64,000 bases of DNA, from assembly GCA_013335095.1 (NCBI GenBank), contig JAAXWF010000001.1:22797-86796 (forward strand), given 5' to 3'. The DNA comes from a candidate division WWE3 bacterium. Its GTDB lineage: Bacteria; Patescibacteriota; 4484-211; GCA-002791395. The notes under the pieces were generated by a model. That model worked only from the letters and a program-made list of their open reading frames with translations. It was not told where the DNA came from and ran no database searches. Both the position numbers and the translations under genes were made by a program. The stretch's first letter is position 1; each line of letters begins with the position of its first letter. Shown here one piece after another: positions 9,518 through 18,863 of this stretch.

Positions 9518-11182
9518 ATGCGAAAAAAGAATTTACACGTTTCAAGTGACCTAATCATCTTGATTGGAGGTTTCTCAGCAAGCCTTATTGGTGTATTTCT
9601 TGTCGTCTCAGCTTTATTTCCTACCAGCAATAATTCAAATATATTGACCACTAAACTAACACAGACACAAGCGGCAAACAGTTTTACCGATACATTTGAT
9701 GGGAAACCGACATCACCACAACCATTTACCCAAATAGGACAAAGCACCTGGGATATAGCCATACAATCACGGAATCCAGACACGTGGGATACGTTAGTTC
9801 CATTCCAGATGATGCATGGACCTAACTGTGAACCACCACTTATGACTGGCGCGACAGCTCCATATGATCATCATGAATTAATGGTTCATGACTGGGATGG
9901 GAATTATGATAGTGCGGTATTTAAATGTGCCGACCATATCATGACCGGAATTTATGGAATTGGGCGATCTATTAATGATGGATATGCAATGATTGCATTA
10001 ACTCCTAATCAAATGGTTGATTTTACCAACGGACCCGCAACAATACGGTGGGATATGACGACGTTTAGAACAACTCAACGTGATTGGGTTGATGTGTGGA
10101 TCACGCCCTATGACGATAACCTCCAGTTACCATTTGATACAGGTGATGTAGATTTACAAGGAATGCCAATGAATACAGTGCACTTAACAATGACCGCACC
10201 GAATGATAATTCAAAAACAGGTTTCAAACCGACCATAATTATTAATGGACAAGATACCGGTGAATTTCAACAGTTTACCGGTGACTATGATTCATTTTTG
10301 GCCTATGAAGATTATTTACCATCAAAAGCAGGAGATCCAAAACGTCGTGATACGTTTGAAATTACCATAAGCAAAACTCATCTTAAAATGTGTATGCCTC
10401 AAGATACCACTGATAATGCTCCATCTGAGACACTGTGTTGGGTCGATAAGAATATCAAGTCATTACCATTCACAAAAGGGGTGGTTCAATTCGCCCATCA
10501 CTCGTATACACCAAATAAAGACTGCGATTTTTACACGCCCTTACCATGCGGTCCGGACACGTGGCATTGGGATAATATATCAATTTCACCTTCGGTACCA
10601 TTTACCATGATTAAAGCCGATCAAAGAGCGGTACGAGGCGAGACACAGGTTGTCACATTTACTCAATCGGCTCCGGCGAACGCTAAATTGCGCTTTAGTG
10701 CAATTGGATCAGTTCAACTCAGTTTTAATAACGGTTCTTTTCAGTCTGTTACAAACCAATCATCAACCTTATACCACTCAGATCATTTTGCTTCATATTT
10801 TGTAAATATCCCACAAGGGACATCAACAGTTCGGTTTAAATTATCCGGCTCAGAGGTTATGGCAAAAGATTTCGCGATTTGGTCACAAGCAGCGCCAACA
10901 GGGACAACTCCGACACCAATCATAACAACGGCTCCATCACCCACCACACAACCAACACGCACTCCAACCCCAACGATTACGGGAACGACTGTTCTAGGAG
11001 ATATTAACCGGGACCGTATCGTTAATGTATTAGATCTGGGAATACTTGTTGGACTGTATGGGCGTCAAACATCTAGTGATGTAGCAAATGTGAACTTGCA
11101 GCGATCTGATTTAAATGGAAATGGATTAATAGACATTTACGATATTGGAATCCTCTCGGCAAACTACGGTAAAACATACTAG
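9518..11182 (+). CDS. Membrane-anchored beta-rich exoprotein with Pro/Thr linker and C-terminal dockerin
   Basis: N-terminal TM, PT linker, GDINRDRIVNVLDL...DLNGNGLIDIYDI. Confidence 0.8.
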   Translation: MRKKNLHVSSDLIILIGGFSASLIGVFLVVSALFPTSNNSNILTTKLTQTQAANSFTDTFDGKPTSPQPFTQIGQSTWDIAIQSRNPDTWDTLVPFQMMHGPNCEPPLMTGATAPYDHHELMVHDWDGNYDSAVFKCADHIMTGIYGIGRSINDGYAMIALTPNQMVDFTNGPATIRWDMTTFRTTQRDWVDVWITPYDDNLQLPFDTGDVDLQGMPMNTVHLTMTAPNDNSKTGFKPTIIINGQDTGEFQQFTGDYDSFLAYEDYLPSKAGDPKRRDTFEITISKTHLKMCMPQDTTDNAPSETLCWVDKNIKSLPFTKGVVQFAHHSYTPNKDCDFYTPLPCGPDTWHWDNISISPSVPFTMIKADQRAVRGETQVVTFTQSAPANAKLRFSAIGSVQLSFNNGSFQSVTNQSSTLYHSDHFASYFVNIPQGTSTVRFKLSGSEVMAKDFAIWSQAAPTGTTPTPIITTAPSPTTQPTRTPTPTITGTTVLGDINRDRIVNVLDLGILVGLYGRQTSSDVANVNLQRSDLNGNGLIDIYDIGILSANYGKTY

Positions 11183-11279
11183 CGCATAGTTAAAAAAACT
11201 TTTCAATATTTTTAATGAAATTTTTAAAGAGAACGTGGGGCCTGAATTTTATAGTTCAGCCCCCAGCGTCTCAACAAGA

Positions 11280-11591
11280 TTACCAGCGATTTCCGCCGCC
11301 GTTATTGTAACCACCTTCGCGATTATCGCGATTTCCACGTGGTACCATTGGGCGAGCTTCGTTCACCTGAAGTTTTCGGCCACCGAGTTCATAACCATTA
11401 AACATGTTTATTGCATTCGCAGCTTCTTCATCAGATGACATTTCTACAAATCCGAACCCTTTACTGCGACCGGTTTCTCGATCAACAATAATTTGAACAG
11501 ATTGAATAGCGCCAGACTGTCCGAACAAGTCTTGTAATTCTTGTTCAGTAGTAGAGTAAGGTAATCCACCTACAAATAATTTTTTAGCCAT
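11280..11591 (-). CDS. RRM RNA-binding protein (paralogue of 5154-5507)
   Basis: RNP1/RNP2 motifs, ends GGGNRW. Confidence 0.95.
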   Translation of the reverse strand: MAKKLFVGGLPYSTTEQELQDLFGQSGAIQSVQIIVDRETGRSKGFGFVEMSSDEEAANAINMFNGYELGGRKLQVNEARPMVPRGNRDNREGGYNNGGGNRW

Positions 11592-11733
11592 TCATAAAAC
11601 ACCTCCTACTCTGATTTTAGTTTGTTGAGTAACGCTGGAAATACTTAAGAAACACGAAGTTAGCACATGCAACTCTGGAAACTTAACCCCACACGCTTAT
11701 ACTCCCTAAATCACAGGGTGTAGACATATTATA
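11592..11733 (-). promoter_or_regulatory. Promoter and conserved 5' leader of RRM gene 2
   Basis: TATAAT at 11728-11733 and the same conserved blocks as 5508-5643. Confidence 0.7.
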
Positions 11734-11763
11734 CCATCTATTTGGCTTAAGATACACAAATCA

Positions 11764-12153
11764 TTACTTTCCTAGATTCATTAATTGCTTTAAATGTGAT
11801 TGAATGGATTCTTTTGGACTATAGTCCGACAAGATTGACGGCTCATGAGCCAGTGCATTAATGCCTTTAACGTTATAGCGCGGAACTAAATGCCAATGGA
11901 CCTGATTAACCTCATCCATATACATTAAATAGACCTTTTCGACAGCTAAAGCACCAAGCATAGCCGTACGTACAGAATTCACCATATCCATCAAGTACTC
12001 ATAGTCGCTTCGAGTTAGGAGATGGAGGTCAGCTACACTGTTATTCCAAACAATAACCGTATGCCCTGGAGTAAGGGGAAATGAAGCTAGGCACACATAT
12101 AATTTGTCATCTTGGTAAATTAAACTTTGTGGATCTGGCGCGGGTAAATTCAC
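11764..12153 (-). CDS. HIT family protein
   Basis: PLTPGHTVI, QVHWHLVPRY. Confidence 0.85.
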   Translation of the reverse strand: MNLPAPDPQSLIYQDDKLYVCLASFPLTPGHTVIVWNNSVADLHLLTRSDYEYLMDMVNSVRTAMLGALAVEKVYLMYMDEVNQVHWHLVPRYNVKGINALAHEPSILSDYSPKESIQSHLKQLMNLGK

Positions 12154-12167
12154 GTACGTATCATAAC

Positions 12168-12198
12168 AAAAAAGGCGCGAGGATGTTACTCCCCGCGC
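12168..12198 (-). terminator. Terminator shared with the paralogous unit at 13044-13076
   Basis: AAAAAAGGCGCGAGGATGT...TCCCCGCGC. Confidence 0.75.
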
Positions 12199-12229
12199 GT
12201 GTATTAACCCACCGACACCAGCCAGACCC

Positions 12230-12895
12230 CTAGATCAGCTCGGTATCTTTGACCATCGAGAGGGCTGCCTGCGCCATGTTACCTAATCGAACCCGATCGA
12301 TATCGACGACAGGATAAAAACACCGATGGCTAATGTATTGGGCAAGAGGTTCGTCCCGATAGAAGGCGCGCCGCTCAACCCACACCCCCGAGATCCTGTC
12401 ATATATCTTGATAATATACGACCGGCTTACGTGTAACATCTCCGTTGGTTCGTAGCAGATCGCTAGACCATCCAACTGAGGGCGAATATAACTCAGGTCC
12501 CCCCCAGCTAAAGCAAACGTTACCATATCCAGAATCAGGTCCTTACCTGCGCGCAGTCGTGGAGACACGGTGACGCCACCAGCCAAGACCTGATCATAGA
12601 CCGCGCGACGCGATTGCCGAATCAGTTGCCGAAGATCGCTCGGCAGCTGATCCCGGTGAATAAGGACCTCAGTTATGGCCAATGCCGTAGCATACCGTTC
12701 ACCTTCGGGGATTTCGCCATTGAAGCTTATTGACCCCAAGCCTAATAGCCCCAATGAAATTGTCACCTTCCCATGAGAGGTGATCAAGCAGACCATCCAT
12801 TGATGGTTGTCCGTTGGTTGAGTTGCCCTACTGACCTCGACCTGACCGAAGATCGTTTCGATCGTGAGCTTATTGTCCGAAGTTACTGCGTCCAC
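12230..12895 (-). CDS. GC-rich orphan, paralogue of 13099-13797
   Basis: IETIFGQV vs IETAFGNV, DMVTFALAGG vs DMIAFAMRGG; AGGAGG SD. Confidence 0.75.
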   Translation of the reverse strand: MDAVTSDNKLTIETIFGQVEVSRATQPTDNHQWMVCLITSHGKVTISLGLLGLGSISFNGEIPEGERYATALAITEVLIHRDQLPSDLRQLIRQSRRAVYDQVLAGGVTVSPRLRAGKDLILDMVTFALAGGDLSYIRPQLDGLAICYEPTEMLHVSRSYIIKIYDRISGVWVERRAFYRDEPLAQYISHRCFYPVVDIDRVRLGNMAQAALSMVKDTELI

Positions 12896-13043
12896 GAAAT
12901 GTCCTCCTCAAGTGATGTCGAACACACGACTCCCTATTCGGTCGATATCCCAGACGTTAAATCTGTCCTCGAATCGAGGCAGATAAGTATCTAATGTTTT
13001 AGGTACTTGGCTGCCTTGACTGACTTTTTCAAAATAATAGAGT

Positions 13044-13076
13044 AAAAAAAGGCGCGAGGATGTGAATCCCCGCGCC
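13044..13076 (-). terminator. Terminator, near copy of 12168-12198
   Basis: AAAAAAAGGCGCGAGGATGTGAATCCCCGCGCC. Confidence 0.75.
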
Positions 13077-13098
13077 CGCGTACCCGACTTGAACCGAC

Positions 13099-13797
13099 TT
13101 ACTTCTGGACCTGGTCCAGCCAGTTGTCGTAGACCACGAACCCCGTCTGCCCGATCATCGGATAGAGAAGGCTAGCGCTGGCCACAATCGTCCTGGCCAA
13201 CCCTTCCGGATCGTCCCCCAACGTCGCCGTCGGGAAAAACCGGAGGAGGTCAATCTGAGGATGCCCGTCTGTTAGATGGACAATTGTCTGCTCGGCATAC
13301 ACGCCGAGGTGACCGTCCAGCTCCCGCATCATGTAAGCACGAGTGATCCGGAGAGCCTCGCGATAGATAAAGCTAATCTCCACCCCGCCGTTCACCATCC
13401 GAACCACGCTCCCGCCACGCATGGCAAAGGCTATCATGTCGGCAGCGAGCTCAGTACAGGCGGTGGTCTGCCGCGACCACAGCACCTCTTTGCCGACGAC
13501 ATTATGGTACATTTCGTACCGATGGCGGCGCAGAGCGGCTTCGAGCTCCTGGGGCACCTGCGGGTGCCCGATCAGCAGTTCGATCAGCGAGAGGGTCATG
13601 GCCCTCTTCTCATTGGCAGGCTCGCCGCCGGGCCGGCTCATCAAGCCATCCCGATCGATGCTGAACAGGAACCCGCCAGCATAGTCTGCCCAGATCTCGT
13701 ACCGCCTATCATCCAGGCCGGTCCGGGGCGGGATCTCGATCCGGACGTTGCCGAACGCGGTCTCGATCACGATCTGGTTAGCCTTAGTCGTGGGCAT
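13099..13797 (-). CDS. GC-rich orphan, paralogue of 12230-12895
   Basis: Full-length alignment by eye; AGGAGG SD. Confidence 0.75.
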   Translation of the reverse strand: MPTTKANQIVIETAFGNVRIEIPPRTGLDDRRYEIWADYAGGFLFSIDRDGLMSRPGGEPANEKRAMTLSLIELLIGHPQVPQELEAALRRHRYEMYHNVVGKEVLWSRQTTACTELAADMIAFAMRGGSVVRMVNGGVEISFIYREALRITRAYMMRELDGHLGVYAEQTIVHLTDGHPQIDLLRFFPTATLGDDPEGLARTIVASASLLYPMIGQTGFVVYDNWLDQVQK

Positions 13798-14028
13798 AAG
13801 ACCCTCCTAGTAGTAAATACGATGCCAGCACAGCTGGCGCCATAAGTCCTCAACAGGACAACGAATTGCCCTGGCCCGTGGGGGCACGAAATCTGTTAAA
13901 CGTTAACCGATTACGCACCCCCACGGTATCTTGTGTAAAAGTACTTTGGAGCATAAAAGCCCCTTATGTATTAAGTATATCAAATATAGGCTTATAGTAA
14001 AAGCGGCGGTTATGTAAAATATAAAAGC

Positions 14029-14586
14029 TTATTCAGCACGTAGTATTCCGATTTGGGTTTTCCCATCGCTGATTAAATCGACAAGCTCAGATCGACTCGG
14101 TGAAAAATAAAAGACTTCGCCAGGAACGATATTAGGTATGACCTGATGCCTTTTATTCATATACACAAAATTATTCAATTTGGGTTCGATAAGAGTAAAT
14201 CCACATTTTTTATAAAATGGTAATAATTCAGTCTCACAGAATCCTAACGCTGGCTTATTAGTTTTTAATAAGTACTTTTTCACACTCGACATCAACAAAC
14301 GACCCAAGCCTTTTCCCTTTTGGATAGCAATCACAGTCGAAATACATATAATCTTTTCTTTTTTACCTTGAACTACGATTGGTATCCTCCGCAGCTTGCC
14401 GAAAGCTAAAAGTCGATGATTAAACTTTGAATACAACAAAAAAAATAAAGATGTTGAAACCTCGGGATCGTTCTTATTCAACGTGGTCCGGGAGTGAAAT
14501 TCGCGTACACGATACGTATTAATAATTTCAAGCGTTGATCCTGATAAAGCACGACCTTGCATCTTTTGGAGGGTATATTGTGACAT
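14029..14586 (-). CDS. GNAT family acetyltransferase
   Basis: VIAIQKGKGLGRLLM acetyl-CoA motif, FYKKCGF. Confidence 0.8.
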   Translation of the reverse strand: MSQYTLQKMQGRALSGSTLEIINTYRVREFHSRTTLNKNDPEVSTSLFFLLYSKFNHRLLAFGKLRRIPIVVQGKKEKIICISTVIAIQKGKGLGRLLMSSVKKYLLKTNKPALGFCETELLPFYKKCGFTLIEPKLNNFVYMNKRHQVIPNIVPGEVFYFSPSRSELVDLISDGKTQIGILRAE

Positions 14587-14655
14587 TAGTACGAATTGTA
14601 ACAAAAAAACCGCCGTAGGTTACCCCACGGCGGCATAAGCACTCTCTCGAAAGAC

Positions 14656-15036
14656 CTACTCGGAGTACCGAGCGACCAGCTCGGCAATCGGATCAGTCCC
14701 CAACTCAGGAGGACATTTGGCCTCGTCGAAGTAAAGCTTGACCTGGCGTAGAATCGCCAGAGTAAGCCGCATCGCGGCCATTGGCATAGGTTGGCCAACG
14801 TCCTTGTTAGTAACCGTGACCATCCGCCCCAACGGGCCATTACCACGCGGATGGACGGTGACCTCAATTGACCCGTCAGACCAAATCCAGAATTCACCTT
14901 CTCGAATCGCGATGGCTAGGTGAGCCAAGGCGATAAAGTCGAACGAGATGCCGTACTGCATAGAGACTTCGCCAAACTCACGGGCCGCTTGAGCGGCATT
15001 TACGCGAGTAGTGAACATCTCCTCCACTCTAGGCAT
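14656..15036 (-). CDS. GC-rich orphan, distant paralogue of 52087-52443
   Basis: AAGGAGG SD; terminator at 14603-14633; LA..AIAI..G motif. Confidence 0.7.
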   Translation of the reverse strand: MPRVEEMFTTRVNAAQAAREFGEVSMQYGISFDFIALAHLAIAIREGEFWIWSDGSIEVTVHPRGNGPLGRMVTVTNKDVGQPMPMAAMRLTLAILRQVKLYFDEAKCPPELGTDPIAELVARYSE

Positions 15037-15048
15037 GCCATGACCTCC

Positions 15049-15399
15049 TTAGAACTTTGCGAACCACTGTCCGCTAAATCGAATCTCCGGATACCCTTCG
15101 ATCACCAGCCACTGGCGGTGTCCGACAGCAACCAGAAGCGGTTGCCAGCTCTCATCCGGCAAACACGCTGGACTGTGGTACTCGCCATCATGATGATGAC
15201 AAGCAGGCTCATCGACAGGAACCGGAATGACCTCCCTCACCCGAAATGGGCCGCACCCATAGCTCCGAAGGTGGAGCTCTTCCATCAGATTGGTATGGGA
15301 CTCGCGATCCCAAACGACCAGATCACCAGGAGCAAATAGCTCCCGCTCCATTGCCGCAGTCTGCGGGTCAGTAGAAACCGCCACAAGCGTGGGACTCAT
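15049..15399 (-). CDS. GC-rich orphan, SH3-like beta protein with Cys/His insert
   Basis: FAPGDLVVW...GPFRVREV...CHHHDGEYH..C; GGAGG SD. Confidence 0.65.
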   Translation of the reverse strand: MSPTLVAVSTDPQTAAMERELFAPGDLVVWDRESHTNLMEELHLRSYGCGPFRVREVIPVPVDEPACHHHDGEYHSPACLPDESWQPLLVAVGHRQWLVIEGYPEIRFSGQWFAKF

Positions 15400-15630
15400 C
15401 GTACCCTCCTTGCATGGCTCAATTCCTCGCCATCCCGGCGACACAATAGGTGCGTATCATTTTAATAGATTCCCGACAATAAATCAAACACTATAGGTAA
15501 CCGCATCAAGATGGAGTCGCAGCAGCTTTATTTGTTATAAATACATATTTTTGATACAATCGGTCCGTCCTATAAGACAATTCAGGAGTCTGAAAAGCTG
15601 CTGAATTTGGCTGGTTTCAAAGGAGGGTCA

Positions 15631-17838
15631 ATGGCCGCCAAACAGGAAGTCCTAAACCTGGAGCGATTCTCAGGGGCCGCACGGAATCTACTCCGCGATG
15701 CCCTAATAATCGCCTCCGAGGCCGAACACAAGTCCTACGTCAGCTTCGAGCATCTGCTACTGGCGATTCTACAATCGACAGACGCGAATGCATACCGGCT
15801 GCTGGTGGACGCCGGATGTGAACCGGAACGACTCCGGGCAACTATCCGGGCTACGGCTGTTCGAACGCCTCAGGTTAATGGGGTGCTACTCACACACGGT
15901 GAGCTATCGCTGCCGCTTAGTACTGATGCCGCCCGCATTATCGAACGATCTCGTGAAGCTGCATCAAAATTCAGTGCAGCTAAAATCGGATCGGATCATC
16001 TGCTACTGGCGATGTTCGAGGTTGACGAAAGTCGAATCGTCCTCGTCGCAGCCGGCGTTCGCGTTGAAACGATCAAAAGCCTCGTGCTTGAGATCCACCA
16101 AAGCGGACACACCGAAAAAGGTGATGCGGCAATCATCGGCCTGGAAGAGCTTGGCACTCAAGCAGGCCAACTCGAGCCGATCATCAACGTGACTATCGTT
16201 GACGCACTCTGGACACTGTGGACTCATCGTCGCTTGCCGGGGGTCCTATTATTCGCCGAGAGTGGCGCGCCAGCTTGGGATCAAATCCTTGGTCTGGTAC
16301 GCCGACTAAGCTCAACCAAGGAGCCAAAGTTTAGCCTCATCGCGATTTCGCCCGATGCATATCTGAGTAACCCGATCCTGACGATTCAGGCGGCGATTCG
16401 GCGTGCATTGGATGAAAAAGCGATCTTGATCCTTCCCGATATTGGCCAATATGTAGGTCAAGTCGAAGACGGATTCACGACGGCAGTAAGCTTGGTTCGT
16501 GAGGCAGTGCAAAACAGCGGACTCAAGATAGTTGGGATCGCTGAACCGGCCTATCGATCAGTATTATCGAAGGATCGTCTGTTTAGTCGAATGAGGTTTA
16601 CAGACGTCGAAGCCACAACGATAGATCAAACGATCGCCTATATTACAAGGCTGATCGAGACTCTTGTTGATGGCCGAATTACGTTTGCTGAGGATACCCT
16701 CAAGCAAATTGTAGAACTCGCGGATCAGTATCTCCCGCGAGAGTTACCTGGCTGCGCGATTGACCTAACCTACGACGTAGTAGCCGCAGCCGAACTCGTC
16801 TTCGATCAGCAGCAAACTGAGTCGGTCCAGATTGATGGGAATCTCGTACTAGCTGTGCTAGAGAGGCTCACCAACCTTCCACTCGGTAAGCTGATTGGTA
16901 CAGAAAAAGAGAGACTGGCGCAGATGGAGGAAATCATCCATCGTCGCTACGTTAATCAAAAAGATGCAGTGACCGCACTGGCGCGCTCGATAAGGCGCAG
17001 TCGCACTGCATTCCGGGATAAACGACGCCCAATCGGCACGTTTCTATTTCTCGGAACAACCGGAACCGGCAAAACAGAGCTCACCAAAGCTCTGGCCGAA
17101 TTTCTGTTTGGGTCGGACGAAGCCCTGGTGGGCATCGATATGAACGAGTTTGCTGAACCACATACCGTGTCAGCACTACTTGGTTCACCCGTCGGTTATG
17201 AAGGCCACAGTCAGTCTACCCCACTGGATGTGGTTGCCCAACGACCATTTATGGTAGTCCGGTTCGATGAGATCGAGAAGGCACACGACGACGTGCTGCT
17301 TGCTCTGCTCGGACTGATGGAAAACGGATATATTACAACTCGGAGTGGACGAAGGATTAACTTCCGACACACGGTTGTGATTATGACGTCAAACGTAGGG
17401 TCGGAATACCTACGAGGAGAGGATCCAGGATCTGAAAAAGACCAAGCGCTCGCAGCGCTTAAGGATCGTTTTCGCCCGGAGTTCCTCAATAGGGTCGATC
17501 GAACGATCGTCTTTTCACCCTTTAGCAGTGACGATCTGCAGAAGGTTGCCGGGATGTTCCTGGCTTCAACGGTAAAAGAAGCCGCTGAAGAAGGGATCAA
17601 CCTGGTAGTCGCCGCCACGACCTTGCAGCAACTTGTAGCCAACATGGCTCAGGAGTGCAAACAATACGGCGCACGACCACTTCGTCGAGTCATTGATGTA
17701 CTCGAAGAGGTGATTGTCGATGGTATCGTTGCTGGCATATTCAAACCAGGACAAACCGTCGAGGTTCGATTCATGGATAATAAGTTGGAACCGGTCATCG
17801 TATCGGATACATCAGAGGAGGGAGCAGATCATGTCTGA
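15631..17838 (+). CDS. Clp/Hsp100 ATPase (ClpC/ClpB-like) with degenerate first AAA+ module
   Basis: Two Clp-N repeats (EHLLLA, DHLLLA); D2 GTTGTGKT, DEIEKAH, MTSNVG, FRPEFLNRVD, GARPLRR; D1 Walker A/B degenerate. Confidence 0.9.
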   Translation: MAAKQEVLNLERFSGAARNLLRDALIIASEAEHKSYVSFEHLLLAILQSTDANAYRLLVDAGCEPERLRATIRATAVRTPQVNGVLLTHGELSLPLSTDAARIIERSREAASKFSAAKIGSDHLLLAMFEVDESRIVLVAAGVRVETIKSLVLEIHQSGHTEKGDAAIIGLEELGTQAGQLEPIINVTIVDALWTLWTHRRLPGVLLFAESGAPAWDQILGLVRRLSSTKEPKFSLIAISPDAYLSNPILTIQAAIRRALDEKAILILPDIGQYVGQVEDGFTTAVSLVREAVQNSGLKIVGIAEPAYRSVLSKDRLFSRMRFTDVEATTIDQTIAYITRLIETLVDGRITFAEDTLKQIVELADQYLPRELPGCAIDLTYDVVAAAELVFDQQQTESVQIDGNLVLAVLERLTNLPLGKLIGTEKERLAQMEEIIHRRYVNQKDAVTALARSIRRSRTAFRDKRRPIGTFLFLGTTGTGKTELTKALAEFLFGSDEALVGIDMNEFAEPHTVSALLGSPVGYEGHSQSTPLDVVAQRPFMVVRFDEIEKAHDDVLLALLGLMENGYITTRSGRRINFRHTVVIMTSNVGSEYLRGEDPGSEKDQALAALKDRFRPEFLNRVDRTIVFSPFSSDDLQKVAGMFLASTVKEAAEEGINLVVAATTLQQLVANMAQECKQYGARPLRRVIDVLEEVIVDGIVAGIFKPGQTVEVRFMDNKLEPVIVSDTSEEGADHV

Positions 17839-18772
17839 CACGCCGGCGCCCGATACAACCGCTGCGGCTGAGAAACCGCAGTTGACAGCCGACGCAATCG
17901 TTACAATGATTGGTGGCTGGATTAGTCAGGGTCATTCAAGCGCCCGGATCTCACAGTACCTGGCAGTACGGGGTATCACCACAGACCTGGTCAGACAAGC
18001 CTGTGCGATGATTCGGCAGGCCGTAACCGAGCAAACCACTCAGGTAGCCGAACTGCGCACCCAGATGCAGGCTGATCTGGATACCGAAGAGTCTACGTAT
18101 ACCAGTGCTCGGGCTGTTCAGCAAGGTCTGCTGGATCAGGCTCAACAGATCATGGCACAAGCGAATGCGGTTCTCGCATTCTACGGTGCCCAGAGCGAAG
18201 CACAGCCTGCGGCGGCTGAGGGTGTGACGCAGGAAACAGCCGTAGAACCGGTGGAGGAAAAGCCCCGCTGGCCAAGTTTCCTCGGCAATATCTTCGAGGC
18301 GTTGTCGGTGGATGATGGACAAGCCGCGGTAGAAGCTGCTTCACTACAGACTGAGGCGAACACGGATATTGCCCAGCCAAGCACTCCATCGTTGGATGAT
18401 CCATATGTACCACTTCAGGTCATATTGGTCATAGCGGATCTATCGATCCAGACGACAAGGCGATGGGATAGTCTGCGGGCTTTATCGGTAGATGAAGGAC
18501 GAACGCCGGACCTAGATCTTGCCGATCTACAGACGACGTTTGAAGTTCTAAAGCCGCAGTTTGAGCGCGGCCGACTTATGGCGCAGCGCCAGGCACAGCA
18601 GAGTCAGTCGGCTATTGGAGTGTATGAAGCGCATTGGTCGCAAGTACGTGCGCAGAATGCACAAAACGTAGCTGAGCTCGACCAGAGGGCGGCGACACTC
18701 ACGAGCTTTAACCAAGCCTGTGACGCAGTGGAGACAATGATCGCCACAATTGAGGCTTCGACCCAGGCCTAA
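17831..18772 (+). CDS. Coiled-coil protein translationally coupled to the Clp ATPase
   Basis: ATG overlaps the clp stop; GAGGAGGG SD; Gln/Ala-rich helices. Confidence 0.75.
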   Translation: MSDTPAPDTTAAAEKPQLTADAIVTMIGGWISQGHSSARISQYLAVRGITTDLVRQACAMIRQAVTEQTTQVAELRTQMQADLDTEESTYTSARAVQQGLLDQAQQIMAQANAVLAFYGAQSEAQPAAAEGVTQETAVEPVEEKPRWPSFLGNIFEALSVDDGQAAVEAASLQTEANTDIAQPSTPSLDDPYVPLQVILVIADLSIQTTRRWDSLRALSVDEGRTPDLDLADLQTTFEVLKPQFERGRLMAQRQAQQSQSAIGVYEAHWSQVRAQNAQNVAELDQRAATLTSFNQACDAVETMIATIEASTQA

Positions 18773-18787
18773 TTTTAAACATGGGTT

Positions 18788-18837
18788 AAAAAAATAACCG
18801 CCGGGTGGTACCACAATGGTACCCACCGGCGGTTTTT
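18788..18837. terminator. Bidirectional terminator between convergent operons
   Basis: AACCGCCGG...CCGGCGGTT stem with A-run and T-run on either side. Confidence 0.85.
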
Positions 18838-18863
18838 CATATCTCTCTAACTCTAATTACTAC

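Noticed and set aside
15487-15497. CACTATAGG resembling the 3' end of T7/SP6 phage promoters
   Set aside because: The upstream specificity region (e.g. TAATACGACT) is absent, orientation points away from the cassettes, and no single-subunit RNA polymerase is in the window
257-15500. Prophage interpretation of the orphan-rich region
   Set aside because: No structural, terminase, integrase or replication genes; orphans alternate with ordinary cellular genes
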